From the NCBI GenBank assembly GCA_964247055.1, contig OZ176050.1:3844001-3908000 (forward strand): a stretch of 64,000 nt of DNA. Direction: 5' to 3'. Positions within the stretch are counted from its first letter, which is position 1. Every line of letters begins with the position of its first letter. Positions 1 to 11,400 of the stretch are shown here, piece by piece. Under the pieces are notes generated by a model. It was not told the DNA's origin. It searched no databases and saw only the letters and a list, made by a program, of their open reading frames with translations. The position numbers and the translations under genes are program-made. The stretch is from Paragordius varius. Lineage: Eukaryota; Animalia; Nematomorpha.

Positions 1-1271
1 AAAACACGATTTTGTGGACTTCTGTTTTTTAAAAAAACCCATTTTTCATACGGGGTGGGCTCGAACTGGGGGCCTATTTCAAAAAAAGGGCGAAGCTATT
101 GTCGGGACATTTATTAATGATTATATTTTTTCGATATTTGGATTTGATTGGGTCTACCGGTTTTCCTGTACCAGATCACAAAGCCAGCATTTTCCATTTT
201 TATAAATATATAGATGAGGATAAATAATGTATTAATATCCATATATCTTTTAACATGCTATACATATGATAGATACTCCTTACTCAGCATCTATCATCAA
301 AGAAACGCTTGACTAAAATTTTTTTCTTTTAACAGGCAATACGAAAAATCTTTCTCGAATTTTTACAGTCTCATACCGTGGGCAAAAAAATACAATCAAA
401 AAAATATTTTTGTGGACTTTGTTTTTTTTGAAAAAAATGGCATTTTACGGGGGGAGCGGGTCAAAAGAGGGCCTAAATCAAAAAAGTGACTCGACTATGT
501 TCGGCGCAATCGAAAATAAGTAAACAAAAATCATATTTGAAATTGAATGGTCCAACACGTTCTCCAAAAAATTGACTTAACCCATTTTTCACACGGGGTG
601 GGCCCAAACTGGGGACCTAATTCCAAAAAAGGGCGAAGCTATTGTCGGGGCATTCATTAATGATTATATTTTTTCGATGTTTGGATTTGAATGGGTTCAC
701 CGGTTTTCCGGAAACAGATCACAAAGTTATATGAAAAATCAGTTTTTAGCGGGTAGCTCCTTACCCAGCAGCTATCATCAAATAAACGGTGGACTAAAAT
801 TTTTGCCTTTTAACAGGGAATACGTGGAATCTTTATTGAATTTTTACGGTCTCATACCTAGGGCGAAAAATCGATTTAGAAAATTATTTTTGTGGACTTT
901 GTTTTTTGAAAAAAATGGCATTTTACGGGGGGAGCGGGTAAAAAGAAAGCCTAAATCAAAAAAGTGGCTCGACTATGTTCGGCGCAATCGAAAATAACTA
1001 AATAAAAATCATATTTAAAATTGAATGGTCCAACACGTTCTCCGGAAAATTGTCTCAAAAACACGATTTTGTGGACTTCTGTTTTCAAAAAAAACCCGTT
1101 TTTCATACGGGGTGGGCCCGAACTGGGGGCCTATTTCAAAAAAAGGGCGAAGCTATTGTCGGGACATTTATTAATGATTATATTTTTTCGATATTTGGAT
1201 TTGATTGGGTCTACCGGTTTTCCTGTACCAGATCACAAAGCCAGCATTTTCCATTTTTATAAATATATAGA
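1..1271 (-). mobile_element. Non-autonomous Helitron-like element with internal tandem array (5'-TC end at 1271; 3' end lies outside the window)
   Basis: Ends ...AAATATATAGA|T like the copies at 36752, 43194 and 62713. Positions 1-214 recur at 1058-1271 (period ~1057 bp, made of ~480 and ~575 bp related subunits). Confidence 0.75.
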
Positions 1272-1694
1272 TTTCCAAATGTATAGTGAAAGAAATATAG
1301 TTTAGCATAATAAATGAAACAAATTATAAAAATATAATAGGAAAATGTATAAGTACAAAGGTATATAATGAGTGTTAAATGAAGTATGGAATCTAAAATA
1401 ATCTTTATTTAACTTTAAAAAAATTTGCAATCAATTTGTTGTTAAAACTGCTCTTCAGGTCTGAAAATAAATTAAGGGTTTAAAAACTCCTTTCAAAGGA
1501 GATTAATTTATACTAACATGTCTATTATAAATAAACTTGCGTTATGACTTTTTTTTTAAAACAGCCTAATCACCCAAAATTCAGAGAGTGCTAATATATT
1601 TTAGGCGCTTAGTTTTAGGTTTGAATTATTTAATATGTAGTGGTACAATCTTAAATAAAATAAAAGTTTATAATTCATATGGGAACCAGTAATT

Positions 1695-1817
1695 AAGGGG
1701 GTGGAACCGGAACCGGGTTGGTTCTTAAACGGTTGGAACCCGAACCCCTTTGGTTCGATCCCAATGGAACCGATTCTTGTTAAAATCCCAGGAACCGGGT
1801 TCCGGTTTCAAGCCCTG
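1695..1817. mobile_element. hAT-like MITE with GAACC subterminal repeats
   Basis: Imperfect TIR AAGGGGGTGGAACCGGAACC ... GGTTCCGGTTTCAAGCCCTG. A related copy lies at 45387-45579. Confidence 0.55.
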
Positions 1818-2209
1818 ATAATTTAGTCCCAATTAAATTGCTTGGTAAATTCAAATTTAAACTCCTCGAAAAATTCATTTTCTTTCAAAACAAATTTGCA
1901 TTAAATATGAAATGATTCTATCAATCATGGGGTCGATTCGGCACATTTGAATAAAAATACTGTTAATGGATATTAAAAGGATTTGCCCTGAATGTCTATT
2001 GAAAGAAAGTTGTTAGATTATAGAAAAGATTCCAGGTTAAGGACTCTTCATTCAGCTTTATGAATTTCGATTTGTTTTAATTTTTTGAAAAGCATACCTT
2101 GTATTTAAAATAATATATAACAATTTTTTCAAAGTTGTAAGGTATTTTGAACCATACTGAAACCGATGAAAACTTAAAAGATTAAAAATCTTTTCGATGT
2201 CACCATCAG

Positions 2210-2245
2210 CAGGGGTGCCCAATACAAATGGCTTCGGGAGTCTCA
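2210..2245 (+). mobile_element. Terminal fragment of CAGGGGTGTCCAA hAT-like MITE family
   Basis: CAGGGGTGCCCAATACAAATGGCTTCGGGAG matches the ends of the copies at 5150, 11668 and 30908. Confidence 0.5.
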
Positions 2246-2269
2246 CTTCCAGTTCTATTCAACAGGCCG

Positions 2270-2820
2270 ATTTTTTTTAAAATATAATTAAATGGACATT
2301 AGTCTAATCAACACGCTAACAATAGCACCCATTAGGAGAAGAATAGCAATCGGCAAAGCGAATGTGATAAAATACAATAAACTATGGTCATTTCATGATA
2401 TCAAACTTAAAACCAAAATTAGACTACCCAAATTTCTGATCTTGCCAACCATTCTTTAAGCGGCAAGTTGGAAACTAAAGAAGGGATATATAAGATATAT
2501 ATGCTTTCAAAATGCTGGAGAAAATTTCTACAGATCAATTGGAAAGATAAAATTAAAAACACTGAAATCCGCGATAAAATCGAACTTGTAATATTCATAT
2601 AGAGTATATGTCTTAAAATGAAGCTCTCTTAATTCGGCCATCGCTAGAGCCAAAAACTTGGAGTATCAGCTTATGCCAAAGTTGAAGGAAATAGGTGCAA
2701 AATGCGTTAGATTGATAATTCAACTAAAGGAACCAAGCTAACAATGCAACAGTTGATATCCATCACACCTAGCCGTGCATAACTACACTTACGAAATAGC
2801 GACAATCGACCCCGATCATA
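2270..2820 (+). mobile_element. Decayed 3' fragment of an RTE-clade non-LTR retrotransposon
   Basis: Frameshifted translation gives IRRRIAIGKA..., DIKLKTKIRL..., AFKM/CWRKFLQINWKDKIKNTEI..., FGH...KVEGNR..., matching the RTE/BovB ORF C-terminus. Several stops and frameshifts. Confidence 0.7.
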
Positions 2821-3099
2821 GCTTTATCAACAACAAACATTTTGATAAATTTCTCTGGGAAAAAAATATAATCTCCTTCTAGTTATTGCGTTGCAAAAAT
2901 TTGGCGAATCCAGCCAGATTAAGATAATTTTAAAAATTAGCTAAACATAATAAACAAAGTATTATTTTTCAACTATTTAAGAATAATGTATCGCACAAAT
3001 TATTAACAATAAATAAGAACAAATATATGTTGCTTGATTCAAATTCACATAAGGCACCCAAATATAGATGTAATAAAATATTTCACAAAGAGTGTCTTT

Positions 3100-4950
3100 A
3101 ATCATCCCTTTACGTGGTTTTAGCATTCACCCATATTAATGTTTCATAAGATTCCAGAATTGTCTTCTAAATAGTATTATTTGGAAACGTATTTTTCATT
3201 GTGAGCCCTACCCTCCTAAAAAAGCTATCACCAATAATTTTACCCTTAAGGAACAAATAAGTAGGAACACATGTTTATCTAAAAATTGTCTTAAACATAT
3301 TTTTGGGAGATATATTTTGAAAGAGTTTTAAGAAAGAGGCTAAATACATGAACTAATTTAAAATATGGCTTCCTAGGCCCATACGTTTTCCAAAAAATTG
3401 CTTTAAATTTTAAAAACGCCTATTTTTATACGAGTTGGGGTTAAACTAATAACAACAAAAAATGGCTGTGTCGCCTTTGGAGCATGGTGTTTTCTAAAAT
3501 TCTCATTCTCGCACCAGCGCGGTGATCAACTGAAGGGCTTTTAAAAAATGACATAATCACCTGGACGCATTTGCTAAATATAATTAAAATAGACTCCACG
3601 TTTTCAGAATAATGTTAAAAAAATTTTTCAGGAGGGTGGAGCTAAACTGAGGGCTCTTCCAAAAACAGACTTAATTGAGCGCCTTTGTAAACAAATAAAT
3701 ACCATTCTTAAAATTGGATTAGGACGGGGTAGGCAAAACTGAACGGTTAATTAAAAATGTGCTTCTCAGCACATATAAAATCCTTAAAAGGTCGATTTCG
3801 GAACATAACCCAAAATGGTTTCTAAGCCCACATTCATCATTCTTATAGATATATTAGCTGGTCTGTAACATCGTGTCTCTGAGTTAGTCCGTACAATAAT
3901 TAGTAAATCGGGCTAACAAAAATTTAGGATAAACTGAGCATATAGAAAAATCAATAAAATTTAAACATATTCCACTAAAAAGAATGTGTTTAGCCATCTT
4001 TTACAGGGCTTCTTTAGCCATCTTTTACAGGGCTTCTTACAAAATATCATTAAACAATTGAATTCGATGAGTACACTTTTTCCTGAAAATTGTTTGATTG
4101 ATGTTTGGATATTCCTGCACTAGGCGCCAGAAAGGCGAGCTACGCTTTTAGTTAATTATTCTTATTGATGGGGCTAATGTAAAAAATGATTGAGTCCCAT
4201 TCGGCTCAATCATAAAAAATATTCCGAATTTGTCGGATGGGCCTACAAGTTTTCTGAATTGTTTCTATGCCATTTTATTAACCTTAATTATGGCGTAATT
4301 TTAATCCATATCCATTTAAATATTATACATCTTAAATATAATTAAAATATTAGGCAAAATTTAAAAATATGCTTTTTTACCTAGCTTCAAAAAAAAATTA
4401 ATGATTAGTAAAAATCCTCATTTCAAGCTTCATCGTCGCTATTTTTCTTTGGGTTTTTAAACTCGCTTATAAAACAAGCAGATAAAAGTTTATTATGGTT
4501 AAACAATATGAATAATTAAGTTCGCTTTTGAATAACATTTTACCAGCAAGTTTCCAGCTGTTTGTTTAAATTGTGATTGTGAGGTTTCTAAATCTGGCCT
4601 TCTAGAAGTTATAACCTGTAATAAATAAACCATTTTTGTCTAATACAGTAGAACAGGAAGCGATAATAAATTTTAACCGTAACAACCTTCATAGATAATT
4701 TATATTAAGCTCTGTGATACAAAACTACCTTAAAGTGAAAACATATAAAAATTAAAAAAATGAATAATGGGCGAGGTAATTATATAATGTACTCAGTCAA
4801 ATTCGGCGCATTCGTATAAAACAAAAAACCATGGAAATAAATGGATTTGTACGTTTCCGAAATGTGCTTCAACCTTAAAATTTCAATACCTTGGAATTCA
4901 AATAGGGCCTACATGTTTTTCCCAGGATTGTCTTAAAATTAACTCCCTAA
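3100..4950. repeat. Diverged relics of the Helitron/satellite subunit, plus a perfect 24-bp tandem duplication at 3991-4038
   Basis: Recurrent degenerate motifs such as GGCCCATACGTTTTCCAAAAAATTG and GGGGTAGGCAAAACTG resemble GGTCCAACACGTTCTCCGGAAAATTG and GGGGTGGGCCCGAACTG of the Helitron unit. Boundaries approximate. Confidence 0.4.
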
Positions 4951-5149
4951 AAACACTTTTATAAATATTTATAATGGACCTGAATATTAAGTCGCAAAAT
5001 TTTCAAAAATCAGAGATGATAAAATGTTCAGCATCATTGTTATAAGCAGAAAAAGTCTTTTTATAGCATCTGAAAGCGCTTACGTTTCCAACATGTTTCA
5101 AATTATCATATTCCCCTATTAAACCTGTTTTTGACATCACACTTTAGCA

Positions 5150-5400
5150 CAGGGGTGTCCAAAACAAATAGCTTCGCGGGCCGCATTTTTGACTCAAAAA
5201 ACGGCGGTCCGCCTTTGAAAATTATATGGGAATTAACAAATATTTTATGGATTTTATACAGAAAACGACTGTTAAATAATTGCAATAAAATATGCAGATA
5301 ATTTATTTAACAAATATCAATTTTGGTAAAATTTTATCAGTATATTTATTAAAATTGTATATATAATTTTATTTGGTAACTTAATTTTCGCGGGCCGCTC
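5150..5400 (+). mobile_element. Partial hAT-like MITE (CAGGGGTGTCCAA family)
   Basis: Starts CAGGGGTGTCCAAAACAAATAGCTTCGCGGGCCGCA. The second end was not found. Confidence 0.5.
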
Positions 5401-6251
5401 ATTATATCTCCGGGTTCACAAAATCGACTAGTAAAAATATCCTGATGAAATATCTGAAAAAATCTATCAAAATTATCATGGTGCTTTTGGGCCTTACAAG
5501 TATTCCATATCAGAAAATGGCAAAATTCCCTAAAATATATTTGGTCAAAATGCTTCATTCCATAAATATTAAAATACTCCTAAACTATATAAAAGCAAAA
5601 CAATAATGTTATTAAATCATAAATTTTAGATGTAAGTTCCGAGGGTTTCAAAGTTTTGCATCTATCTAAAATAGACAGTTATCTTAAAATATACGTAATA
5701 TGATAATGCGGAATAAAATTAATTATACGCTAAATTTTGATCATTCCGAAAAATTGGATATATTTTTTTAATTTATAGCAAAATTTTGATTGTCAAAATT
5801 TAGCTTATGTTTTAAATTTGTTCAATATTGAAATTTTTATATTTAATTTAAAATTTCGATTCAAATTGGGGTATAGTGACCCCAGACCATATTACTATAC
5901 TTCCTTACTATTTTTTTATAAGTATGATATTTTGGGGAAGTTTTATACCCCCGAGCTTACTTTAGTAAACGATTACTTTGAAAAGTGTTTTGATCAAAAT
6001 TTAATAGTTAAACCCTTTTCTCCTGTATAATAATATAAAAAACTAATATTTTTACAATTCCCTAATTTTTATAGTTCCGAGTTCGGATAACTAAACACGA
6101 ATGATAACATCTGAAAAATCAATAAATATCAAATATTTGCTGGTTTCAACCATAAATATCCATTTATTGCCTAGGGTATTAGCGATTTAACACTTCGATC
6201 AATTAGGGAATTAGTGAGCCCAGACCATATTTTATTAGATATCTAATTTAA

Positions 6252-6770
6252 CACTTGGTTACAACACATTCCTTTTAGTCCTTCGATTCAAATTGGGGTA
6301 GTTATACCCCAGGCCTGTTTAAAAATAAATTCTTTTAAAAATATCGAAGGAATCGAAACCATGGCAATATTTCATACTTATATAACATTAATAAACAGAT
6401 ATAATATAACTTATTTTAAGCTAAAACCGAAAGGTAAAAATTTAGTCAACAGACATGTGTGCAATGGCAAAATTGTAATCTAAAACCGCTCTTTCTAATT
6501 CTATTAATGTTAGATGTAATTTAAATATAAAATTAGCTTTAATTTTACCCTTAAAATTAAATGAAGACGATATTTTGCAAAAATATTGTGAAATAAAAAT
6601 GGCGTCGAAGTAGTTTTACATGGAACTTTTTTTTCAAAGCATAATTTTATTTAGATATTTTGGCATATTTATATAATTTAGGATAAAAGCATAAATTTAA
6701 ATTGAAACCGTTTCCTTCAGTAGTTTTTTAAAAATCCTAACTCAAATTTAGTTTAGATATTATCTAAGTG
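6252..6770 (-). mobile_element. piggyBac-like MITE family 1, reverse copy
   Basis: TTAA|CACTTGGTTACAAC... AAGTG|TTAT. Reverse complement of the copies at 7605 and 56262, with a deletion near one end. Confidence 0.7.
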
Positions 6771-7604
6771 TTATTTATGCTTTTAACCTAATAAAATTAT
6801 ATAAATAAGCCAAAATAGTTTGAAAGAAATGTCCATGTGAAACTACTTCGACGTCATTTTTACAACATTTTTGCAAAATATCGAGTTTTTTAATTTCGCT
6901 AATATTTATATGATCCACACACCCATGTGATGTCTCTTTTACCTTCAGGTTTTTTCATAAAATAAGTTATATCAAGTTCTTAAATATTTTATTATGTTTT
7001 GGTGCTTCAATGTTATATGATTGCATACTTTTCAATTGATTCTATTTTTTTTAATATATTTTTAATCGACCCCAATTTTAGTCAAAGGTTTTCAATGATT
7101 GTGTTTAATCCCAGTGTTAATAAAACTTTCCCATTAGATGGGTCCAAAATGAGACCTCACAGCTAAAACATAACTTTATTAAAATACTGTCATGTTTTTA
7201 TATATAGATTAAGATATTGTACTGAGATTTTTTGGAATGTTTTATCTAGCTTTCCCCCAAAAAATTATTTAGCAAAATATGCGCAATTTTTGCCCTATTC
7301 TAATATGGATTAATTACCACAAAAATGGTCAAAATGTTTTATAATACTAGTGCAGCCCCAAATTAAAAGCACCAAGAGAATTTTGATACATTTTTCTGCC
7401 AGAGTTATATTTTACCAGTATGTTTTTTGTGTTACATTATGAATGAATATAATTTGTTCAACGTTTAAAAGCTTAATTTTTGATGATAATAAACTATCAA
7501 TCAAAATTATTTATATAAAATTTAAGCATCTGAAACGAGTAACCCAAATTATAATTTTTAGCAAAAATTCAACAGAAGTCATAAATTGTTAATAAAATAT
7601 TTAA

Positions 7605-8184
7605 CACTTCGATTCAAATTGGGGTATCTAAATACCCCAGACAAAATTTGAGCTAGGATTTTTATAAAACTATTGAAGGAAACGGTCCCAATTTAAATTT
7701 ATGCTTCTATCCTAATAAGAATTATAAAAATATGCCAAAATATATAAATAAAATTTTGTAATGAAAAAAAAGTTGCATGTCAAACTACTTCGCCGCCATT
7801 TTTATTTTACAAAATTTTTGCAAAATATCGTCATCATTTAATTTTAAGGGTAAAACTAAAGCTAATTTTTATTTATATTACATTTAGCATTGATCGAAAT
7901 AGAAAACGCGATTTATTTTGCATTATTTTTCAATTTTACCATTACACACATGTCACGTTGAAAAAAATTTTACCTTTCGGTTTTAGCTCAAAATAAGTAA
8001 TATCTAGTATTTTTGAATAAAATTTTTTATATATTTCGGTTTATTAATGTTATATAAATGCAAGATTTTGCCATGGTTTCGATTCCTTCCATATTTTTTA
8101 AGAATTTAATTTTTAACCGGCCTGGGGTATTTAACTACCCCAATTTGAATCGAAGGACTAAAATGGATGTGTTGTATCCAAGTG
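7605..8184 (+). mobile_element. piggyBac-like MITE family 1 (580 bp)
   Basis: TTAA flanks, CACTT...AAGTG termini and subterminal inverted repeat CTTCGATTCAAATTGGGGTA. Confidence 0.8.
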
Positions 8185-8415
8185 TTAATAAAACATATGT
8201 AAAACATCATATTGGTCAAACCAATTTTTAAATTTTTTTAGTTATTTTGCCTCGCTTGATTACATATATTATACCGCCTATCATTTCAATTTTTTAATTT
8301 ATGTCCTATTATGCTCCAATAAGCAATTATAACCTAAATATAATGAAAATATATCATTATTAATTTTATTGCTAATTACTGGCATAAATTATTATAAACT
8401 AGACTCTTTTTCACA

Positions 8416-11400
8416 ATGACTGAATTAATTAATTCTGTGAATCTGCATTCTCATTATGCTGAACCTAAGGAAGAATTACTTTATTCTAGAAGATTTTCCG
8501 TTCCTTCAATTCGGATAAAACCATATATATCATATCGAAGCACGTCTTTCGACGAAAAAGTTAATAATTCCGATCATGATTTTCTCAATTCATCTCGAAA
8601 TATTTTAACGAAGAAGCAAAATAATTCTGACCAGCCAAATTTATACGATAAGCTAATATTGTCTTCAAAAAGTAAAGGAAATATTTCACCATCACTATTT
8701 GATTCCATACAATTTCCAAGTCTCAATAGAACGAAACATATGGCGACAGATATTTCGAATCAATCTTATCCCACAATTCCTAATCACATTAATAAAAATA
8801 TTAATAAAATGTTTTTAAAGCCAAATTTTGACCATTGCAACAAAATTCTGCTTGCTTCGTTGGAAAAATCCTTGAAGTTTTATATTACGATTTTTAATAT
8901 TTTTTTTTAATTTATTTTAATTTTTTATAATCCATTTGTCTTTTTTCCTAAACAATGAAAGAGATTATAAGTCCAGTTCATCCACTATTTTATATCACCT
9001 ATTTTTTTACCTGTGTCAAATTTAAACAATAATAGTATTTTTATGAAAATATTTTCTTTGTTTTTATATAATATTACTTAATATGTTTATAGAAATGTAA
9101 TTTTTAAAGCTTAACATTTTACCAAAAACCACTTGAGTTTATCAGCACATAAAAAGCCATCTATAATTAATTATATTTTGACCTTTCTAGTATATTTTGT
9201 GAAAGTATTTTGGCCATTTTTGTCTTTTTTTCATACTAAACATTAAAATTTTTTATACACATATATTTTATATAATTTTATTTCTATTCTTTCATTTTTT
9301 ACACATTGCTGTATTAAAATGTTTGGTACATATTGATTTTTTAAGGTGGGGCTTGGTTCTCTATCTTTTCTCTTATAAACATCTTTTTTTAGCAGGCCAA
9401 AAAATCAATTGTTGTGTTGTTTTTGACTCAATACATATCTCCGAAGAATTTTATAGCGTTTTTAAGTCCTTACGACGAATTCTTTAAAAATATCCTTTGA
9501 CGGTTTCTGTGTTTTAAAATAAAAATTGCAAATATACTTAAATAAATTTAATTTCTTTATTAGTCATTAAAGAGAAAGATTATGTAATTTCGTTAGGCGG
9601 CTCGCTATCTCAAATATTCTGGGAAAAAAGCTGTGTTTTTTATATATTTCTTTTTAATTAATATTTTAAGATGATTTTTTTATTACCTATTATAATTAAG
9701 AGTGTATCATTATCCTATTTACATACATTACCCCCTCAATAATTTGTTATATAATTTATGGTTTTATAATACAAATTAATGTCAAATTAGGGCGTATATT
9801 GACGGGAGGGTTAAAGATTAGCTTAAATTAATTAACTATTATTACTGGTGAATTAAATTTAATTGCTTTATTTACTATATATTTATAATGTAAAATGAAA
9901 ATTATGAAGTTTTTTCAATCATGAATTTTTTAAAAATTTAAATATTGAAAAGGCTATTTACCTCTTATTTTGTCATAATTTGATTTAAATATTCGATTCA
10001 AATGGTTTATAACTGTAGTAAAAAATCAAAAAAGATAAATATAAAAACTTTTATTCAGCAAAATTATCGCTATTTAAATTTCCAAAAAACATGCTCTAAA
10101 ACAGTTATTACAGGCGTGGACCTATAAAGATAAATACCTGAAACTAAACCTTGTTTTTTTAATTGCCAGATTTTAATGTGTTTGAATCCTAGCTTTTATA
10201 TTATCTCAATTTTATTTCAAGAAACCAATAATATTTTATTATTAAATATATTTAAATTAGTAATGCTACATAAAATTAATTAAAATTTGCTAAAATATTT
10301 TTTTGTTTGTTTTTCTTATAAAACGTACACACACACTTAATTACCTGCTTGAATTTAATTGTTTTATTTGCTAATAACTTTCTTTTCTTTGCCGAGAGAT
10401 GCTGCGAAAATATAATTAACAAAAGTTCAAACAAAGCATACAAAAGTGACGGCACACTATATTTTTATACAGTAGTGTATGGCATAAAACAATATTAGTC
10501 CATAAAAGAATAAAAAATGTTATGTGTATATACAATTAGGCTTGCTTTTTTAAAAATACATTGTTTTTTATTCTTTTATGGACTAATATTGTTTTATGCC
10601 ATACGCTACTGTACACCACTATTACTATTATGAACTACCATAAAAAATTTTTTTAGTCTATAATATAAATTATATTTTTCTCTAGATTGCTTTTAAGCCG
10701 ATAGAGTATGTGACAAATGTCACAAATTTGTCAAAATATTTTACGTTTCTTTACACCTAATAAAGAATTTATATATTTACATATATATATATATATATAA
10801 TCTAAAATTTATCTCTTTGTGCATAGATATTTAAAAAAACATTTTTTTAGCTTAAAGTTATGTTTTATAATGTGTTATTTCAAAGGCGTAAAAATTTTGA
10901 TTATCAGATCAGATTTTGAGTAATTGAATTTAATATTTATTTTTGTTTTTCATTAATTTAGTCGAGAAGATTACATTGACATTTTCATTGTTCTATCACA
11001 ACGCATTTTTATGCACGACAACCAAATAAAATTGCTATCATATTTTTTGTGTAATTTGTGAATTATTTATATCTACAAAAAATTAATTTTGTAAATTTTT
11101 ACAAATTTGCATAAATATATTTTATAAACTAATTTAATATGAAAAAAATTAACAGTTATATAAGTTTTCTTAAAATTTTTCAATAAATCAACCAATTTTT
11201 AGTAAAATTTCACATTAACCAAAAATTTTAGTGAAGCTGGAATTATACATTTTGTTCGCTATAGAATATTATTGTTGATAAAAATAAATCAAAAGATTTA
11301 CCCAAAAACGATTATCATTGATTTTTTTCAATTTGTTTTCATTATTTTTAATGCCAAACTTTGGGAACATAGTTTGTATATTATTTCTTCTCTTTCATGA

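Noticed and set aside
1-1271. Regularly spaced repeats as a possible CRISPR array
   Set aside because: Units are hundreds of bp long with homologous spacers, and the context is eukaryotic with no cas genes.
14-1305. ORFs 14-205, 677-997, 1021-1305 and 1050-1262 (also 38365-38580, 44178-44423, 63059-63443)
   Set aside because: They lie within Helitron/satellite subunits, shift frame between copies and show no protein-family motif.
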